A stretch of DNA of 64,000 nucleotides, from NCBI GenBank assembly GCA_963768835.1, contig CAVYJB010000001.1:152420-216419 (forward strand), written 5' to 3'. Source of the stretch: an uncultured bacterium. GTDB lineage: Bacteria; Patescibacteriota; Minisyncoccia; UBA6257; GWB1-50-10. Positions 41,782 through 52,532 of this stretch are shown piece by piece. The position numbers were made by a program, and so were the translations under genes. Numbering within the stretch: position 1 is the stretch's first letter; every line of letters starts with the position of its first letter. Under the pieces are notes generated by a model, which did not search any database, was not told the DNA's origin, and worked only from the letters and a program-made list of their open reading frames with translations.

Positions 41782-42147
41782 TTAGTGTTTAGGACTCGTG
41801 GAGGTCGCGGGGGTGTTCGGTATGACCTTGGAGACGGCCCAACCCTTGCTGGTCTTCACGGCCCAGTACATCTGCCCGTCCGCGCCCTTAATCTGCTGCA
41901 TGTCTGTGGTGGTCGCGTTCTGATATCCGGGGATGTTCTTCACGTCCTGCACGGCCTGCTGCTCGGTTCGAACGATGGGTGCAGGGATCGGGGACGGGGC
42001 GGGGACAGGCGCAGGGACGGGGATGGGCGGCTGCTGATGGGTAGCTCCGCGGATAAGGAACCCAAGGACAACCACGAGGATAATAACAGCAACCCCGATG
42101 ATTATTTTTCGAGGAGGAAATGGGAGGTTGGGAATATTGTTATCCAT
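41782..42147 (-). CDS. Hypothetical small membrane protein with a Pro-rich linker
   Basis: 121-aa ORF; TM helix IIIGVAVIILVVVLGFLI; PVPAPVPAPSPIPAP. Confidence 0.4.
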   Translation of the reverse strand: MDNNIPNLPFPPRKIIIGVAVIILVVVLGFLIRGATHQQPPIPVPAPVPAPSPIPAPIVRTEQQAVQDVKNIPGYQNATTTDMQQIKGADGQMYWAVKTSKGWAVSKVIPNTPATSTSPKH

Positions 42148-42201
42148 GCGTTTGGTCCGTCGGCATCGAATGATCGCGTACTATTGCAAGAGCCTGCAGG
42201 G

Positions 42202-43500
42202 TTAGGGAACTGTGAAGGTGAGCAGGTTCGATGCGTTGCTGTTCGAGGTAAGCGTCGTGGAAGCGACACCGCTCGTCGAGCCGGCAGGCACCTTCACACA
42301 TACCTCCGTGTCCGTCCACGCGGTCGCATTCCCGCAGGTACCGTAACCCACCATATTGGAACCTGTCCCTGCGGTCTCGAATACAGGACCCGTCGCTGCC
42401 CGAACGGTGAATCCGCTTGGCAACACGCCGCTCTGGCCGTCCGGGTTTACCACGGTCACGTCCCATGCTCCCGCAGGAGCTCCGGAAAGATTCAAACTGC
42501 CGCCTGTGAGACTCGTTGAGTTCGCGAAGACAAAACCGCTCCCCACGATGGCCTGCGCACCCCGTGAGATCTTCACGATGAATGCACCCGCCTGGAATGA
42601 GGAGCCACTGATTGCCACGCTCGTCAGATTGGAGCCGCTGACTCCGCTCGAAGCATTGATAGAGTTCACGAGAGGAGGAGGGAGCATCACGCTGAATCCG
42701 TTCGCAAGGGTAGCGCTCGCGTTTCCCGCAAACACAACGACACTCCAGCCGCCCGAGGTAGCGTTTGTAATATCGAAGGATCCACCCGTGATAGTCGCTG
42801 GTCCCGTCACGCTGAACCCCACAAGCGAGATAGGGGCCTGGCCTGACCGCACAAGCTGTACCGTCGAACTGGTGATAAACCCCGTACCGCTCACCGTGCC
42901 AATCGCCACAGGAGCATTATTCGAACCCCACGAGGGGGTGATTCCTGTCACGCTAAGCCCGACCGCGTTCGAAACCGTGAGGACTCCGTTCGCCCCGACA
43001 GCGATAAAACGCTGCTGAGAAAGATTCGCCTGCGAAGCGAGGAGGATGGAGAAATATCCGGAAGGAAGGCCCGTCTCGGGCGCGAAGATAAGATCCTTTG
43101 ATGTACCTGACGCGGGGTCCACAAACTGGATGCCGCGCCGGAGCGAGTAGGTGCGCTCAGGAGTCCCGGACGCAAAGCTCGGCCCGCTGAAAACGGTGTA
43201 CTGCGAGGTCCCCGTCGCGTTCAAGAAGTGGATGCCCCAACCATGCCCGTTCTCCTGGGTGATAGAGCGCTTCTGGGTACTCTGCACCACCGCCGAGAGC
43301 TCGTTGATCGATAGCTGAAGATTCTGGCTCGTGCCGTAACCGTTTAGGCTGAGCACGGAAATCGTACCGAGAACGGCGAGGATGCCAATCGAAATCACAA
43401 GCTCCAGAATTGTGAACCCTTCTGTCGAACGGGGCTTTCCTCCGCGCTCTGAGGGAGAAGCAAGCCCGAGGCTGGAAGGTGGCGGCAGGGTAGCTCGCAT
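42202..43500 (-). CDS. Type IV pilin-like (pseudopilin) protein with Ig/IPT-like repeats
   Basis: Prepilin leader ...KPRSTEGFTILELVISIGILAVLGT. Confidence 0.7.
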   Translation of the reverse strand: MRATLPPPSSLGLASPSERGGKPRSTEGFTILELVISIGILAVLGTISVLSLNGYGTSQNLQLSINELSAVVQSTQKRSITQENGHGWGIHFLNATGTSQYTVFSGPSFASGTPERTYSLRRGIQFVDPASGTSKDLIFAPETGLPSGYFSILLASQANLSQQRFIAVGANGVLTVSNAVGLSVTGITPSWGSNNAPVAIGTVSGTGFITSSTVQLVRSGQAPISLVGFSVTGPATITGGSFDITNATSGGWSVVVFAGNASATLANGFSVMLPPPLVNSINASSGVSGSNLTSVAISGSSFQAGAFIVKISRGAQAIVGSGFVFANSTSLTGGSLNLSGAPAGAWDVTVVNPDGQSGVLPSGFTVRAATGPVFETAGTGSNMVGYGTCGNATAWTDTEVCVKVPAGSTSGVASTTLTSNSNASNLLTFTVP

Positions 43501-43514
43501 AATGATTTGAAGAA

Positions 43515-44714
43515 TTAGAACTGGGTAGTGAGCTGGTAGATGGGAATGATAATAGAAAGAGCGATAGTGCCGATGATGACGCCGATAAAGAGCAGGAGCG
43601 CGGGCTCTAGAAATGAAACGAGCGTCTTGATGGAACTGTCGATCTCCTTCACATAGAAATCCGAGAGGGTTTCTAATACTTCCTCGATATGCCCCGCCTT
43701 TTCCGAAATGGCGATCAGGGTTGTCACGGTTTGGGGAAAGTAGGATTCGCGACGGAACGCATCCCCGATCGTAAGGCCTTTCTGAAGCCCTTCTCGCGAG
43801 ATGTGCATCAGGCTCTCGGCAACCTCGGGGTTACCGGCTGCCTGCGCAGTAATCTCCAGGGCATCGGTGATGGGCATACCTGCCTTGATGAGGGAAGCGA
43901 GGGTCCGAGAGAATCGTTGCAGAGCGATCTTCTTCACGACATCCTTGATCACCGGTATCCCGCCCAGAAGATTTGTGAGGAACTTCTTAAACACCAGGGA
44001 GGAACGGTAGAGATAGAAAGAACCGAAGATGAGCACGAAAGCAGCCACAAGTATGACGATACCGTTGTCGCGAAAGAAGAAGCCGATAGCGAATACGGCG
44101 CGCGAAAAAGCCGGCGGCTGGAATCCACTGTCCGAAAAGACACCCGCGATTTTTGGTAGCGCGAACGTCACAATGCCCGCCAAGATAAGCACAGACCCCA
44201 CGAGGAGCAGGATAGGGTAGATGAGAGCACTCTTGAGCTGATCCTGTAGATCCTTCTGCTTCGTGAGAGATTCCGTAAGATCTCCGAACACGCGCTCGAG
44301 GTTTCCTGAAGCTTCCCCGGCGCGAATGAGGTTGATCGTCACATGGCTGAACACCTTGGGGTAGCGTGCGAAGGTGAGGTAGAAAGGTCTGCCGCGTTCA
44401 AGGTTCGAGCGCACCTCGGTCAGAATGTCGCGCACGGCGGTCTTCGTGAAATCCGAGATGAGAATATTGATAGCTTCGAGGAGGCCGGTGCCGATCTTCA
44501 GCATCAGGGCCAGATACTTTGTGATGAAAATCTGGTCCGTCAGCGTCACGCGCCCCCGAAAAAACTTCAGGGCGCCTCCTTCTACGGCGCGCACGCCGAC
44601 GGGCTTCAGGTTCTTCGACGCAAGAAACGTCAGTACCTCCGCGACATTTGCAGCGTCCATCTCGCTTTCGACCACCCGGCCGTCAACTTGGGATGCAATG
44701 TAGTGGAATTTCAT
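43515..44714 (-). CDS. pilC: Type IV pilus assembly platform protein PilC (GspF family)
   Basis: Two GspF repeats; three TM segments. Confidence 0.9.
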   Translation of the reverse strand: MKFHYIASQVDGRVVESEMDAANVAEVLTFLASKNLKPVGVRAVEGGALKFFRGRVTLTDQIFITKYLALMLKIGTGLLEAINILISDFTKTAVRDILTEVRSNLERGRPFYLTFARYPKVFSHVTINLIRAGEASGNLERVFGDLTESLTKQKDLQDQLKSALIYPILLLVGSVLILAGIVTFALPKIAGVFSDSGFQPPAFSRAVFAIGFFFRDNGIVILVAAFVLIFGSFYLYRSSLVFKKFLTNLLGGIPVIKDVVKKIALQRFSRTLASLIKAGMPITDALEITAQAAGNPEVAESLMHISREGLQKGLTIGDAFRRESYFPQTVTTLIAISEKAGHIEEVLETLSDFYVKEIDSSIKTLVSFLEPALLLFIGVIIGTIALSIIIPIYQLTTQF

Positions 44715-44719
44715 GTGAA

Positions 44720-46435
44720 TTATTCCCGGATGACCCGGAAGATCTCCTCGAGGGTCGTCATGCCCCGCTCGACTTTCCGAAGGCCGTCCTCAAACATGCT
44801 TACCATCCCCTCCTCGCGCGCCGTTTTCCGCAGGATATCGAGGTTGAAATCGGGGCTGATGATCAGTCGGCGAACGCTCTCCGTGACATTCAGAACCTCG
44901 AAGATGCCGAGACGGCCGAGATAGCCCGTGAAATTGCAGGCGGCGCAACCCCTACCGCGGTAAAAAGAAGAGGGAAGGTGCACACGATTCGGATCAAGGC
45001 CGTTTCGGTCAAGTTCGGCGCGTATCTGCGAGACGACTTCCGTCCCCGGCGTGAAGGTCTCGATGCATTCGGAGTGGATACGTCGCACAAGCCTTTGAGC
45101 GAAAAGGCTGTTCAGGACTGCCGCCACGAGGAATGGCGGGACTCCCATATCGATGAGGCGCGGTATGGCGGTCGGAGCGTCGTTCGTGTGAAGCGAGGAC
45201 AGCACCAGGTGGCCGGTGAGGGCGGCTTGCACGGAGATGTTGGCAGTCTCGTTGTCCCGGATCTCGCCCACCATGATGATGTTCGGGTCCTGCCGGAGGA
45301 TGGAACGGAGACCGGCGGCGAACGTAATGCCGGCCGTGACATTCACCTGCGTCTGATTCAGGTAGCGGAGGTCGTATTCGATTGGGTCTTCGATCGTCAC
45401 AATGTTTACCTCCGGGCGGTTCAAAATATTAAGGAGCGCATAAAGCGTGGTGGTCTTCCCAGAACCGGTAGGCCCGCAAGAGAGCACCATCCCATACGAA
45501 CGGTTCACGGCCTCCTCAATCACCTTCACGTCTTCGTCGAAAAATCCGAGGTCAGCCAACGACAAGGGCTTCTGGGCGGACGCCAAAAGACGGAGTTCGC
45601 ACTTCTCACCATGAAAAGTCGGGATGACCGAAACACGCACGTCGATGATGGCCTCCCCCACCTTGTATCGGAATCGGCCGTCCTGCGGCCGAAGGTGTTC
45701 GTCCACGCGCAACCCCGCAAGAATCTTGATGCGGGCAATGACGGCCGCGAGAATCTCTTTCGGCATCCGGATAACTTCATGGAGAATACCGTCAATGCGG
45801 TAGCGCACGAGAATGGCGTCGTCTAGAACTTCGAAATGCACGTCGGACGCACGAAGCGAAGCGGCATAGGCGAGGAGGTTCTCTACGATCGCGACGATAG
45901 GAAGATCTTCTCCTGCTTCATGGAGCTCACCGCGCGCCTTGGAACGGAGCGATTCCTGCACGCTCACTTCAATAACTTTCTTGAAATCCTGTGTGAGCTT
46001 CTGCTCGTAGACCGAGAACCCGCGGTTCAGATCCTCCTCCGTCGCAAGATAGGGTTTGATAGCGTTCCCGAGCCGGAGCGTCAAGAAATCGATGGTCTCG
46101 AGATCTGTGGGGTCTTCCATCGCTACCTGAAACTCCCCGTTGGGATCCTGCCCAAACACAATAACGCGCCGCTGCCGCGCAACCTCCTCCGGAAGGAGAT
46201 GGAGAACCTTCTCGTCGATGACGGTGGAGCCCAGATTCACCCGCTCGACACCCAACGCTTTTGCGACGAGGAGCAGGAAATAGTCCTTTTTTATGAACCC
46301 TTCCGAGACTAGGATATCGATCGTGCTCTGCAGCCGCCGCTCCGCCTCGCGGTTCGCGTTCTCGAACGCAGCCTCACTTACGACCCCGGCTTCCGTGAGG
46401 ATTTGTTTCAGCTTCTCGGGCGGCAGATTGATCAT
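44720..46435 (-). CDS. pilB: Type IV pilus assembly ATPase PilB (GspE family)
   Basis: Walker A GPTGSGKTTTL; IMVGEIRD; N-terminal GSPII domains. Confidence 0.9.
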   Translation of the reverse strand: MINLPPEKLKQILTEAGVVSEAAFENANREAERRLQSTIDILVSEGFIKKDYFLLLVAKALGVERVNLGSTVIDEKVLHLLPEEVARQRRVIVFGQDPNGEFQVAMEDPTDLETIDFLTLRLGNAIKPYLATEEDLNRGFSVYEQKLTQDFKKVIEVSVQESLRSKARGELHEAGEDLPIVAIVENLLAYAASLRASDVHFEVLDDAILVRYRIDGILHEVIRMPKEILAAVIARIKILAGLRVDEHLRPQDGRFRYKVGEAIIDVRVSVIPTFHGEKCELRLLASAQKPLSLADLGFFDEDVKVIEEAVNRSYGMVLSCGPTGSGKTTTLYALLNILNRPEVNIVTIEDPIEYDLRYLNQTQVNVTAGITFAAGLRSILRQDPNIIMVGEIRDNETANISVQAALTGHLVLSSLHTNDAPTAIPRLIDMGVPPFLVAAVLNSLFAQRLVRRIHSECIETFTPGTEVVSQIRAELDRNGLDPNRVHLPSSFYRGRGCAACNFTGYLGRLGIFEVLNVTESVRRLIISPDFNLDILRKTAREEGMVSMFEDGLRKVERGMTTLEEIFRVIRE

Positions 46436-46504
46436 CCTAGTAAATTATAACAGAACCTCCGCACGGCGTCGTGCGGAGTTGCGTCCCCACTTGGTTTTTC
46501 TCGA

Positions 46505-47056
46505 CTAGAGACTCTGGAGATCGCTCCCAACCTCGAACCAATCTGGTAGTGTTCCACCTTCCGTCCATTCCTTCGATTGATACTTCAGGCTTTCCATCCG
46601 CGTAAAGAATTTATATCTTCCTGGCGTCGTGGATGCTGAGAACGCATAGAAGCAGCCAGGGACGGTCCCGCTGCATCCTTGGTTCGCGCTCGAGGTCGTG
46701 TTCAGAGGATCGATGGGGAGACGGGAGAGCGGCGAACCAGCGGAGATGAGGGAAAGGTTCAGGGGCACCCAGCCTGTCCCGTTCGTCGCCGTCGATGTCG
46801 AGGTTCGACAGCTGCCGCCAGTCGGCGCAGTCGTGCCGGCGGTGCAAGTTGTGGTTGCGATCCAGCCCGCGGCAGCAGTATCCGTCACGTAGAGGGAAAG
46901 GGTTTTGTTCAGAGTTTCAAGATCTGAAAATCGCGTCCCGTCTCGACTCTCTCGAAGGAGTTCGGTTGGATTCAAAATCAAGACGACTACAGCGGAAAGC
47001 ACCGCGAGCACCGCGATGACGATGAGAAGTTCAATGAGAGTAAATCCTTTTTCCAT
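46505..47056 (-). CDS. Type IV pilin (paralog 1)
   Basis: MEKGFTLIELLIVIAVLAVLSAVVVLILNP.. prepilin N-terminus; C-terminus ...WFEVGSDLQSL. Confidence 0.85.
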   Translation of the reverse strand: MEKGFTLIELLIVIAVLAVLSAVVVLILNPTELLRESRDGTRFSDLETLNKTLSLYVTDTAAAGWIATTTCTAGTTAPTGGSCRTSTSTATNGTGWVPLNLSLISAGSPLSRLPIDPLNTTSSANQGCSGTVPGCFYAFSASTTPGRYKFFTRMESLKYQSKEWTEGGTLPDWFEVGSDLQSL

Positions 47057-47100
47057 AAAGCAAAATGATGAGCAGCGAGCGGATCGATGATGAATGTTCT

Positions 47101-47679
47101 TTACATGCTCTGGAGATCCGTGCCGACCTCATACCAATCCGGGACATTGCCGGCGTCCTGACTCTCTTTAATAGAATACTTGATGCTCTCCATGCTGGCA
47201 TAAAGCTTGTATCTCCCCGGAGTTGAAGAGGCCCTGAAAGCATAGAAGCAGCCATGTACGGTCCCGCTGCATCCCTGGACTTGGGATGACGTGGTGTTTA
47301 GGGGATCGATGGGTATGCGCGCGAACGGAGCGCCCGCGGCGATGGCCTTGAAGTTCACCGGGACCCACCCCGTGCCATCCACCGCGGTTGAGGTCACCTG
47401 GGCGCACGACCCGCCTCCTGGCATGGACGTGCCGGCCGTGCACATGGTCGTTGATGCCCCTGTAGGCCAGTTCGCCGCACCCGTGTCCACTACATAGAGA
47501 TTCAGGGCATTCGAAATAATGCTGAGATCCGAAAGTCGGTCCGCATCGCGTGTCTGTCGTAAGCGTTCTGCGGGGTCGATAAGAATCACGAGAGCCGCAG
47601 AAAGAACAGCCAGTAATCCAATCACGATGAGAAGCTCAAGTAACGTAAACCCCGAAGAAGCCGGGGAAGGATGATTCAT
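47101..47679 (-). CDS. Type IV pilin (paralog 2). The likely start is the internal Met (MNHPSPASSGFTLLELL...).
   Basis: GFTLLELLIVIGLLAVLSAALVILIDP; C-terminus WYEVGTDLQSM. Confidence 0.8.
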   Translation of the reverse strand: MNHPSPASSGFTLLELLIVIGLLAVLSAALVILIDPAERLRQTRDADRLSDLSIISNALNLYVVDTGAANWPTGASTTMCTAGTSMPGGGSCAQVTSTAVDGTGWVPVNFKAIAAGAPFARIPIDPLNTTSSQVQGCSGTVHGCFYAFRASSTPGRYKLYASMESIKYSIKESQDAGNVPDWYEVGTDLQSM

Positions 47680-47741
47680 TTCTGGCTTTATTATAGTGCT
47701 GATAACGATAATAGAAAGCTCATTGGTGCATAAATGCCGCT

Positions 47742-48308
47742 CTAGAGGCTGAGCGCGCTCCCTAATTCGTACCAATCAGGAAGTGTACCACCGTCAATGG
47801 ATTCCACATCTCCTGAACCCCCTTGGCTGAACTTTACGCTCTCCATGTTTGCAACGAGCTTGTACTGGCCCACCGTGGAGGTGGAACGAAAACCATAGAA
47901 ACATCCCGGGAGAGATCCGCCACAATTTGTAGAACCGTTAGAGGGGTCCATCGGGAGCTTTGAGAGCGGCGAACCGCCGGAGATCTTCGTGAAATCCAGC
48001 GGCGCCCACCCGCTGCCGTCGACGGTTGCGGAAGCCACTGTCGTGCACGGGATGCTCCCTCCGCCCGCGGCAGGGAATAAGGTGCCGTAGGTGCAGTTAG
48101 TGGCAGCCACCCATCCGCCTTGCCCGCTCGCGTCGGTCACCCACACCGAGATCGCTCCGTTCAAAGCCGCCATGTCAGAGATGCGCGTTGCGTCCCGCGA
48201 TTGTTTCAGAAGTTCGGCGGGGTTCAGGACGAGGATGACCCCGGCGGCGAGCACCGCGAGAATCGCGATGACGATGAGAAGTTCTATCAGCGTGAACCCT
48301 TTCTCCAT
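47742..48308 (-). CDS. Type IV pilin (paralog 3)
   Basis: MEKGFTLIELLIVIAILAVLAAGVILVLNP; C-terminus WYELGSALSL. Confidence 0.85.
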   Translation of the reverse strand: MEKGFTLIELLIVIAILAVLAAGVILVLNPAELLKQSRDATRISDMAALNGAISVWVTDASGQGGWVAATNCTYGTLFPAAGGGSIPCTTVASATVDGSGWAPLDFTKISGGSPLSKLPMDPSNGSTNCGGSLPGCFYGFRSTSTVGQYKLVANMESVKFSQGGSGDVESIDGGTLPDWYELGSALSL

Positions 48309-48316
48309 TTATATAA

Positions 48317-48327
48317 TTATAGCACAG
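48317..48327 (-). promoter_or_regulatory. Extended -10 element TGTGCTATAAT for pilin paralog 3; predicts a near-leaderless transcript
   Basis: The -10 ends ~8 nt upstream of the ATG at 48308. Confidence 0.4.
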
Positions 48328-48403
48328 ATAGGACATGCCGGAGAAAATAAAAACCTCCCGCTGTGTCGGAAGGTTTTTGTGTTAAGAGGTTACAAGGTCG
48401 GGC

Positions 48404-49012
48404 CTAAGGCGTCATGTTGCTCCCAAGCTCGTACCAATCCGATACGACGCCGCCGTCCTTGTTGTTGGACTCGACATCCGCCGTACCGTTCTGGCTGTAC
48501 TTCACGCTCTCCATGTTTGCGACAAGCTTGTACTGACCCACCGTGGTACTGGACTTGAAACCGTAGTAACAGAAGTTCCCTGTCGTAACGCTCAGGCAGT
48601 TCGCGGAACCGTTGTTCGGGTCGATGGGAAGCTTCGAAAGCGGCGCACCGCCGGAGATAAGCCCGAGGTTAATCGGTATCCAACCGCTACCGCTGGTCAC
48701 CGTAGAACTACTGACTGCGCAGGCGACCGTCGTGCTGGCCGCCATCGGGAACACGCCGTTACCGGTGCCGGTGTTGTTCACTGCGTTCCAGGTGCACGTC
48801 GAGGTTGCGGAGGGCCAGCTCGATGACTGCCCCACGTCGGCGGTCCAGAGGGCGAGCGCGCTGTTCACGGCCGCGAGGTCTGAGATGCGCGTCGAGTCCC
48901 GGGACTGCTTCAAAAGCTCGGCGGGGTTCAGGACGAGCACCACTGCGGCAGAGAGGACCGCAAGAACCGCGATCACGATAAGGAGCTCAATGAGGGTAAA
49001 TCCTTTCTGCAT
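48404..49012 (-). CDS. Type IV pilin (paralog 4)
   Basis: MQKGFTLIELLIVIAVLAVLSAAVVLVLNP; C-terminus WYELGSNMTP. Confidence 0.85.
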   Translation of the reverse strand: MQKGFTLIELLIVIAVLAVLSAAVVLVLNPAELLKQSRDSTRISDLAAVNSALALWTADVGQSSSWPSATSTCTWNAVNNTGTGNGVFPMAASTTVACAVSSSTVTSGSGWIPINLGLISGGAPLSKLPIDPNNGSANCLSVTTGNFCYYGFKSSTTVGQYKLVANMESVKYSQNGTADVESNNKDGGVVSDWYELGSNMTP

Positions 49013-49066
49013 TTTTATTGTTATTTAGCGTTCGTTTGAGGACGCTCGACCTTGATGTGTAGCTTC

Positions 49067-49077
49067 ATTATAGCACA
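49067..49077 (-). promoter_or_regulatory. Extended -10 element TGTGCTATAAT for pilin paralog 4, with a DnaA-box-like TTATCCACA ~25 bp upstream (49087-49095)
   Basis: Reverse complement of attatagcaca. The same motif recurs before several minus-strand genes. Confidence 0.4.
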
Positions 49078-49111
49078 GCCCGCCCTGAACCTCTGTGGAT
49101 AACAATATAAT

Positions 49112-49504
49112 TTACTGGGATTTTGGCGAAGAACCCATGAAGGTGCGCACGTGTTCCACGAGTTCTTCGATGGACATTTTCGCTTTCACAAAGTACTCCA
49201 CCGCACCGAGAGACTGACCGCGCGCCACATCGGTATCCTGACCGAGGTTGGAGATGATGATCACGGGCGCGTGCTCCATCTGCGGGTCCGCTTTCATCGT
49301 TTCCATAAGCTCGAACCCGGAGATTTTGGGGAGAATAAGGTCGAGGAGGATAAGGTCCGGCCGCTGCTCGCGGAGCGTCTTCATGGCCTCTTCCCCGTCC
49401 CGGTTCCAAAGGACCGTGAATCCTTCCTTTTCGAGCTGCTGCCGCAGGAGATTGGCCAAAAGCGGCTCGTCTTCGACTAGCAATATTGTTTTATTATCTG
49501 GCAT
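49112..49504 (-). CDS. Stand-alone response regulator receiver protein (CheY/PilH-like)
   Basis: ILLVEDEP...DLILLDLILPKISGFEL...; single REC domain. The probable start is the ATG at 49504; the ORF table uses GTG 49513. Confidence 0.8.
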   Translation of the reverse strand: MPDNKTILLVEDEPLLANLLRQQLEKEGFTVLWNRDGEEAMKTLREQRPDLILLDLILPKISGFELMETMKADPQMEHAPVIIISNLGQDTDVARGQSLGAVEYFVKAKMSIEELVEHVRTFMGSSPKSQ

Positions 49505-49676
49505 ACGTATCACCAGTATAGCACATTCAAACCTTCTCTAGTTGTCCCGTGCGGCATGTGTTCACATCCGTTAGGATGCGAGCCGAGACTTAACGGCTCC
49601 TCGGCCAATACCGTGTCCCCCGAAGGGAACGTTGCTTCTTGCGAAGCATACACTCTCTCATGTAATGAGTGTATCG

Positions 49677-51206
<1,530 letters not shown>

Positions 51207-51399
51207 CGATTGCCGACGGAAACGGAGTAGACCGGGACCGAAACAAGTTCCGTCCGGGTCCGCTCTGCCACGTCAGACATTCGTAACCACAACCGGGACA
51301 ACTAAAGAAAGTTTTAATGTTGAATGATTTATTTACTCGCGCGAATTATCAAGGGTCGGTCGTTCCTGAAGAGCCGTCCTTTCTTGACTAGCGGGGTTC

Positions 51400-51429
51400 A
51401 TTATAGAGGGTTTGCTCGAGGAAAGTCAA
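51400..51429 (-). promoter_or_regulatory. Candidate 16S rRNA promoter TTGACT-N18-TATAAT on the minus strand, with an AT-rich stretch downstream
   Basis: Plus agtcaa 51424-51429 and attata 51400-51405; about 190 nt upstream of the mature 16S 5' end. Confidence 0.5.
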
Positions 51430-51512
51430 CCACGCCCGCCTATCTCCCGAACTCCTTGCCAAATCTCCGTTCCTATGTACAATAAGGAAGCTCGGCAAGA
51501 TACGAAACCGCC

Positions 51513-51782
51513 ATGAAAAAGAAGATTCACCCCCAATACTACCCCCACGCCAAGGCGACGTGCGCCTGCGGCGCCACCTTTGAAGTGGGCTCCACGAAGC
51601 CGGAGATTAAGGTGGAGATCTGCTCGAACTGCCATCCGTTCTACACCGGTAAGGAGCAGCTTATCGACGTTGCGGGACGCGTGGAACGCTTCAAGGCCCG
51701 AAAGGCTCTCGCGAAAGCGCCTGTGCAGAAGAAAGAGCGCGCGAAGAAGCCTCAGGCCAGCAGCCGAAGCAAGGTGCAGTAA
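51513..51782 (+). CDS. rpmE: 50S ribosomal protein L31
   Basis: MKKKIHPQYY...CSNCHPFYTGKEQLIDVAGRVERF. Confidence 0.9.
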   Translation: MKKKIHPQYYPHAKATCACGATFEVGSTKPEIKVEICSNCHPFYTGKEQLIDVAGRVERFKARKALAKAPVQKKERAKKPQASSRSKVQ

Positions 51783-51785
51783 ATT

Positions 51786-52451
51786 ATGGAACTCCAGGTC
51801 AAAAACCGAACGGTGTTCGGAAAGAAAATAAATGCACTCCGTCGCGAGGGTTGGATCCCCGCGGAACTTTTCGGCCGCGGTCTCCCGAACCTTCACCTCG
51901 CAGTACCCGGGAAGGAGTTCGGCAAAGTTTACCGTGAGAGCGGCGAGCACACCGTCGTCTCTGTCCGCACGGAGGACGGGAAAGTACATCCCGCGCTCAT
52001 CACGGAGGTTGCCCGCAACCCTCTCTCGCAAGAAGTCATCGCCGTAGATTTTCACGAAATCCGTATGGATGAAAAAATTCGCGCGAAAGTCCCCTTGGAA
52101 TTCACAGGAGAGGCTCCTGCGGCGAAGAAGGGGCTGACGGTTCTCCGAGTTTTGGGCGAACTTGAACTTGAAGGACTCCCCGCCCACCTGCCACACCGCA
52201 TCGCCGTAGACCTCTCGCGGCTCGAGGATGCTGGACAAACGATCCATGTGGGAGAGCTCAAGCTCCCGAAAGAAATAAAAGTGTTCCTTTCCCCTGATAC
52301 GGTCGTCGCGACCGTGAGCGAGAAAGCGAAGGAGGAAGTTGTCGTGGCGACTCCCACAACGGCGGCCACGACCGGCGCGCCGCCCGCAGAAGGAACGGCG
52401 CCCGCAGAAGGCGCAACAGCCGCCGCTCCGAAGGAGAACCCCAAGAAGTAA
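51786..52451 (+). CDS. rplY: 50S ribosomal protein L25 / general stress protein Ctc
   Basis: MELQVKNRTVFGKKINALRREGWIPAELFG...; C-terminal Ala/Pro-rich tail. Confidence 0.85.
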   Translation: MELQVKNRTVFGKKINALRREGWIPAELFGRGLPNLHLAVPGKEFGKVYRESGEHTVVSVRTEDGKVHPALITEVARNPLSQEVIAVDFHEIRMDEKIRAKVPLEFTGEAPAAKKGLTVLRVLGELELEGLPAHLPHRIAVDLSRLEDAGQTIHVGELKLPKEIKVFLSPDTVVATVSEKAKEEVVVATPTTAATTGAPPAEGTAPAEGATAAAPKENPKK

Positions 52452-52532
52452 GGTTGGGGGTTCTTTTTCCTCGGGTTTTGCAGGGGCGTTACTAATATGG
52501 GCCGTTCCCCGTTATACTAGAGAAGTACTCTC

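Noticed and set aside
51384-51408. Plus-strand TTGACT followed by TATAGA as a promoter for rpmE
   Set aside because: The spacer is only 12 nt. The same region forms a much better minus-strand TTGACT-N18-TATAAT promoter for the 16S gene. A weaker TTGCCA-16-TACAAT candidate lies closer to rpmE.
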